Below are positions 32,082 through 35,579 of a DNA stretch of 35,579 nt, one piece after another. This DNA comes from Minisyncoccota bacterium (GTDB taxonomy: Bacteria > Patescibacteriota > Minisyncoccia > Phycocordibacterales > SBAW01), in NCBI GenBank assembly GCA_035628495.1, contig DASPJS010000015.1, positions 1 through 35,579 on the forward strand. The letters are read 5' to 3'. Under the pieces are notes generated by a model. It had not been told where the DNA came from. It did no database searches and saw only the letters and a program-made list of their open reading frames with translations. How positions within the stretch are numbered: position 1 is the stretch's first letter; the number at the start of each line of letters is the position of its first letter. The position numbers and the translations under genes are program-made.

Positions 32082-32918
32082 ATGTCGAACAAGCTTCGGG
32101 TTCTTGCGTTTACGGCTCACGATGACGATGTCTCAATTCATACCGGCGGCTTTATCGGCGCCTGTGTGGATCGTGGACACGAAGTTTTCGTGCAAGTGAT
32201 GACACTGGGCCAGCGCGACCAGCGCCTGCCGCAGTTTGAAAACAAGTTGGCGTGGGACGTTCGCAAGGCCGAGACTTTAGCCGCCTACGCGGCGTACGGG
32301 ATCGAGCCTCGCTTTGACCTCGTTCAATTCGAACAAGAAGTCGATATCACGCAACAGAGACGCAATTTGGTGAAGAACTACATTGCCGAGGTCAAGCCTG
32401 ACGTCTTCTTGTCTCACTGGCCTGTTGACGTCAATCCGGACCACCGAGCATCGGCGGTTCTTATGATGGAGTCGGCATACCAGAGGGGTGTCAATCCGGA
32501 GATTATTTTCTTTCAGCCACATTCGGCTGGGCGCCAGAGTGCAGCAACACGTCCGCAAGTGACGTGTTTCATTCCGACGTACTATCTCCCTATGACGGCC
32601 GCACTCATCGAGCGCAAGCGCAAGGCGACGTTTTGCCATGTCTCGCAAGACCCAGAAGGTATGTGGGCGGGGCAAAACCGGACTGAGGAGGAGAACCTGG
32701 CTGACGTGCGCGAGCACTTTCCGGATTTCTTGCCTGGTGTGAATCAGGCTGAAGCCTACATCGCCGGCAAACGGGCAGGTTCGATGATTCCGGGTTTGCG
32801 TGAAATACTCACGCCGACACCCTTCACGCTTCCGCGCTCAGTTGTACGGCACGACCCCTCAGCCTACGGCGTGAATGAGCCGTCAACGCTCGCGCCTGTT
32901 GCTCAGGCGGCAGAGTAA
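32082..32918 (+). CDS. PIG-L/LmbE family deacetylase, divergent second copy
   Basis: VLAFTAHDDDVSIHTGG is an AHxDD motif, and PDHR lies downstream. The gene looks richer in GC than its neighbours. Confidence 0.7.
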   Translation: MSNKLRVLAFTAHDDDVSIHTGGFIGACVDRGHEVFVQVMTLGQRDQRLPQFENKLAWDVRKAETLAAYAAYGIEPRFDLVQFEQEVDITQQRRNLVKNYIAEVKPDVFLSHWPVDVNPDHRASAVLMMESAYQRGVNPEIIFFQPHSAGRQSAATRPQVTCFIPTYYLPMTAALIERKRKATFCHVSQDPEGMWAGQNRTEEENLADVREHFPDFLPGVNQAEAYIAGKRAGSMIPGLREILTPTPFTLPRSVVRHDPSAYGVNEPSTLAPVAQAAE

Positions 32919-32941
32919 CGTAGTAGTCCTTTGTTTATTTA

Positions 32942-32976
32942 GGCCGGTTCGCAGTTGCGAACCGGCCATTTTTCTT
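32942..32976 (+). terminator. Rho-independent terminator
   Basis: GGCCGGTTCGC-agtt-GCGAACCGGCC forms an 11-bp stem followed by ATTTTTCTT. Confidence 0.8.
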
Positions 32977-34648
32977 ACCCTTGTGCGCTTGACGTGTAGG
33001 CGACACGTTTAGGACTTTTCCATTTTCCGTCAGTCTTCGGGCGCGAGAAGAGGCCTATAAAGAGCGCTTGGAGAAATATCACCGCTTCAACATAGCGCAA
33101 GAAAATAAATCCGATGCCATAGAGGAGGAGAAGTGGTTTTCGCTCGAGGATGACAACAACGATAGTCACGACGTAATCGATGAACAGGAGCGCGAATGCA
33201 ATGCCGAGAAGCGTTACTTCCCATTGCCATAGAGAAAAACCAAATAGCATTGAATCCTGGCCAGTAATTATGAGCCATAATCCTAGAATTGGCGTGATAA
33301 GAAACACGATGGAGCTCACGATCATTTCAAGCGTGAAAAGATTTGTTGAGAGACAAAACCAGCTTGGCCAGAGCCCATGGTGTCGCACGGTCTGAAAGTA
33401 TCCTATGTACCAGCGTTTAACTTGCTTCGTGTAGTCATGCAGCGAAAACGGTTCTTGGTCGAGCACAAATGCCCGTGGGTCAAAAGAAATCCTTCCCAGT
33501 TTTTGGTGGTGAATATTGAAGGTCATGTTGAAATCCTCAATGATGAGCCCCGGCGTATTAATCTGAATATGTTTGAGTGCTGAGGTGCGATACATACTTC
33601 CACCGCCCGGCACGATAGGTGAGACATTCGTGTATTTCCAAGTCTGGCCGTACCGCAGACAGTATTGAAGTACTCGCCAGAGTCTAATGCGATACGCGGT
33701 AAAGAAATATCGCCACTTTGGGAGTATGTGCCTGGGCCATAGCGAAACGGCATGACCAATAACCGCGACGACTTTGGGATCGTCAAGTTGTGGGAGCGCA
33801 TAATTATAAAAATTTTTATCGAGGCGCAGGTCTGCATCGACAAAAAATACTGCTTTGTAGCGCTCCATGATCTTATTTTTCTGGAGCACATAGGTGAGTG
33901 CACCAGCTTTGCCGCGGTTGGGCTGGATATCGTCAACATGTGCGCCAAGACTTTTAACAACTTCAACCGTCTTGTCTTTTGAGCCATCAGAACCCACATA
34001 AATATTCTCAAGCGGCGCCATCTGAAGGAGCGAATTGATAGTTGCGCCTATAGTGAGCTCTTCGTTGTGCGCTGCAATAACAACTGCCACGTCCTCAGGG
34101 CGTATGCGTGCCTCTGCAACGCGCTCATCTTCGCGTATATCTCGCCGTATTTCCCATCGATTTACCGCTCGGCCAATTGCATCGCCAAGGATTCCCGCGC
34201 ATACGGTAAAAATTATCCATATGTTCCATTCCAAAAATCCTTGTGGTGTAAAAAGAGTTCCAACCGATGAATTGAAGAAAAGCACTGTCCCCATAGCTAT
34301 TGCGGAGAGCGTCGTTATCGACACAACTGCGAATTGTTCGTGTATGTAGAGACGGGCAGCAAAGTAGGATCCGAGTAGCACCGCCGCAATCCATAGCGGT
34401 ATCGCAGCAAGATTGGCAGGGATGTTCCACAGGTTAGCGTTTTCAAAGAAATTAAAACCTAGGAAAAAAAGAAAGATGAGCAGGAACGTTGCAAAAATTC
34501 CTCCTGTTGAGGCAACGAGGAGATTCGCGAAGGAGCGAACGCGTGATGTTTTTCGGTATTCTTGAAGCGTATCGAAGATAAATCGAAGAATCCCTACGAC
34601 TGTCCAAAAGACGAAGTTGATGCCGAATACCTGGAATATGCCTACCAT
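32975..34648 (-). CDS. Integral-membrane processive family-2 glycosyltransferase (PgaC/NodC/chitin- or cellulose-synthase-like)
   Basis: About four N-terminal and four C-terminal TM helices flank a GT2 domain with VAVVIAAHNEE, GSDGSKDKT, FFVDADLRLD (DxD), IIEDFNMTF (ED) and QVKRW (QxxRW). Confidence 0.85.
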   Translation of the reverse strand: MVGIFQVFGINFVFWTVVGILRFIFDTLQEYRKTSRVRSFANLLVASTGGIFATFLLIFLFFLGFNFFENANLWNIPANLAAIPLWIAAVLLGSYFAARLYIHEQFAVVSITTLSAIAMGTVLFFNSSVGTLFTPQGFLEWNIWIIFTVCAGILGDAIGRAVNRWEIRRDIREDERVAEARIRPEDVAVVIAAHNEELTIGATINSLLQMAPLENIYVGSDGSKDKTVEVVKSLGAHVDDIQPNRGKAGALTYVLQKNKIMERYKAVFFVDADLRLDKNFYNYALPQLDDPKVVAVIGHAVSLWPRHILPKWRYFFTAYRIRLWRVLQYCLRYGQTWKYTNVSPIVPGGGSMYRTSALKHIQINTPGLIIEDFNMTFNIHHQKLGRISFDPRAFVLDQEPFSLHDYTKQVKRWYIGYFQTVRHHGLWPSWFCLSTNLFTLEMIVSSIVFLITPILGLWLIITGQDSMLFGFSLWQWEVTLLGIAFALLFIDYVVTIVVVILERKPLLLLYGIGFIFLRYVEAVIFLQALFIGLFSRPKTDGKWKSPKRVAYTSSAQG

Positions 34649-34695
34649 GGAATTCTGTCTAAAAATCGCTTACTGCGACGTTTAGGCAGCTCTAG

Positions 34696-35579
34696 TTATA
34701 TCTTTATTGAGGCTCCTTCTGCAACCACCTGCTTTTCAGGGACAAGATATGCCCCAATCATGCGCAAGAGTCCATCCTTAATGTGAACCTTCTGCGACCA
34801 CCCGAGTGATTTTACTTTTTCTACCGATGGATGTCTGCCGTTGTGGTCAGCGATGAAATGCGGCACGAACGAAATGCCTGCGCCGTGGCGTGTCATCTCT
34901 ACCACCATCTCTGCGAGTTCTTTGATTGTCATCGGATGCTCGGAGCCAACGTTATACACTTCGCCAGTCGTGCCTTTTTCCATTACCGTTATAAGACCGT
35001 TAATGAGATCATCGACATACAGATGCGAACGCGTCTGGGAACCTGTGCCATATATACGAAATGGCAATTTATCCCGTACACTTTTTATGAATTGCGGAAT
35101 CACGCGTTGGTCGTCAAGCGACATGCCCGGTCCGTAGGTATTAAAGATGCGCACGATAACCGCATCTACGCCATATTTACGGACATACATGACAGCTGTA
35201 GCTTCGCCAAAGCGCTTGCCTTCTTCGTATGCGCTGCGAGGCCCGGTCGGGTCAACGTTGCCATAGTAATTCTCATCCTGGGGAAAGCGCTCAGGATCGC
35301 CATATATTTCGGCCGTGCTTGAGTAGAGGACACGCGCTTTGTGAATCTTTGCTATCTCAAATACGTTGAAAACACCAAAGGAGCACGAGCGCATCATCTC
35401 CTCGGCTAGCGTTGTGAGATTTGGAACACCGGTTGGGCAAGCTAGATTGTAAATGTAATTGACGGGGACTTCCTTAAACGCTTCGAAGAATTCAGGCGTA
35501 GCGATATCGACTTCGTGAAATGAAAAAAGCCGATTGCCTAATAAGTCAGCGATATTTTCGCGTCGTCCAGTGATGAGAT
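34696..35579 (-). CDS. NAD-dependent sugar epimerase/dehydratase (UDP-glucuronate decarboxylase/UXS-like SDR); 5' end outside the window
   Basis: It has SSTAEIYGDP and a YEEGKRFGE catalytic YxxxK context. I translated 35398-35577 by hand and the frame stays open (..LITGRRENIADLL...YNLACPTGVP...), so the gene continues beyond the ORF-track start at 35397 and runs off the window. Confidence 0.85.
   Translation of the reverse strand, partial: LITGRRENIADLLGNRLFSFHEVDIATPEFFEAFKEVPVNYIYNLACPTGVPNLTTLAEEMMRSCSFGVFNVFEIAKIHKARVLYSSTAEIYGDPERFPQDENYYGNVDPTGPRSAYEEGKRFGEATAVMYVRKYGVDAVIVRIFNTYGPGMSLDDQRVIPQFIKSVRDKLPFRIYGTGSQTRSHLYVDDLINGLITVMEKGTTGEVYNVGSEHPMTIKELAEMVVEMTRHGAGISFVPHFIADHNGRHPSVEKVKSLGWSQKVHIKDGLLRMIGAYLVPEKQVVAEGASIKI

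Noticed and set aside
1-35579. The window might use an alternative genetic code (UGA recoding, as in some CPR lineages), or might contain a diversity-generating retroelement or retron.
   Set aside because: TGA, TAA and TAG all terminate well-supported genes at the expected lengths; for example TGA ends the M50 protease and the major pilin. No reverse-transcriptase-like ORF is present, and I noticed no template/variable repeat pair.

Overview
The window is a 35.6-kb, densely coded fragment using the standard genetic code (TGA, TAA and TAG all act as stops). Its gene content and style resemble a reduced-genome, Gram-positive-like bacterium of the CPR/Patescibacteria type; this is an inference from content, not a database hit. 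The style consists of compact type IV pilus genes, a Gmad2 protein, DUF3467, many orphan small proteins, and intergenic regions of 28-29 nt between divergent genes.

The content, in order:
- **1-7.2 kb, housekeeping genes:** the rpoD 3' end, a beta-carbonic-anhydrase-like mini-protein, a PD-(D/E)XK nuclease, DsbA, an RNase H-like exonuclease, hisS, truB, DUF3467 and nrdB.
- **7.2-9.9 kb, cassette block:** four plus-strand monocistronic cassettes (three orphan small proteins and an M50 metalloprotease) sit between the minus-strand nrdB and nrdA. They are joined by a 22-nt hairpin present three times.
- **9.9-14.9 kb:** nrdA, a DUF1360 membrane protein, two small minus-strand genes (one below the ORF-track cutoff) and Gmad2.
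- **14.9-21.3 kb, type IV pilus-like operon:** pilB, pilC and five pilin-like genes, including a 657-aa pilin fused to a predicted beta-propeller.
- **21.4-24.1 kb:** a secreted peptidoglycan-binding protein and a minimal two-component system.
- **24.5-35.6 kb, glycan island:** a nucleotide-sugar dehydrogenase, a tight PIG-L / WbqC / WbqC / GH18 operon, a secreted protein, two monocistronic genes (an orphan and a nucleotidyltransferase), a second and more GC-rich PIG-L gene, a processive membrane GT2 synthase and a UXS-like SDR that runs off the window.

I found no rRNA, tRNA, CRISPR array, transposase, integrase or reverse transcriptase. The best leads for something undescribed are the PIG-L-WbqC-WbqC-GH18 module with the GT2 synthase, the repeat-linked cassette block that splits nrdA from nrdB, and the propeller-bearing pilin. 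All functional calls come from motif recognition by eye and need HMM or structure searches to confirm.
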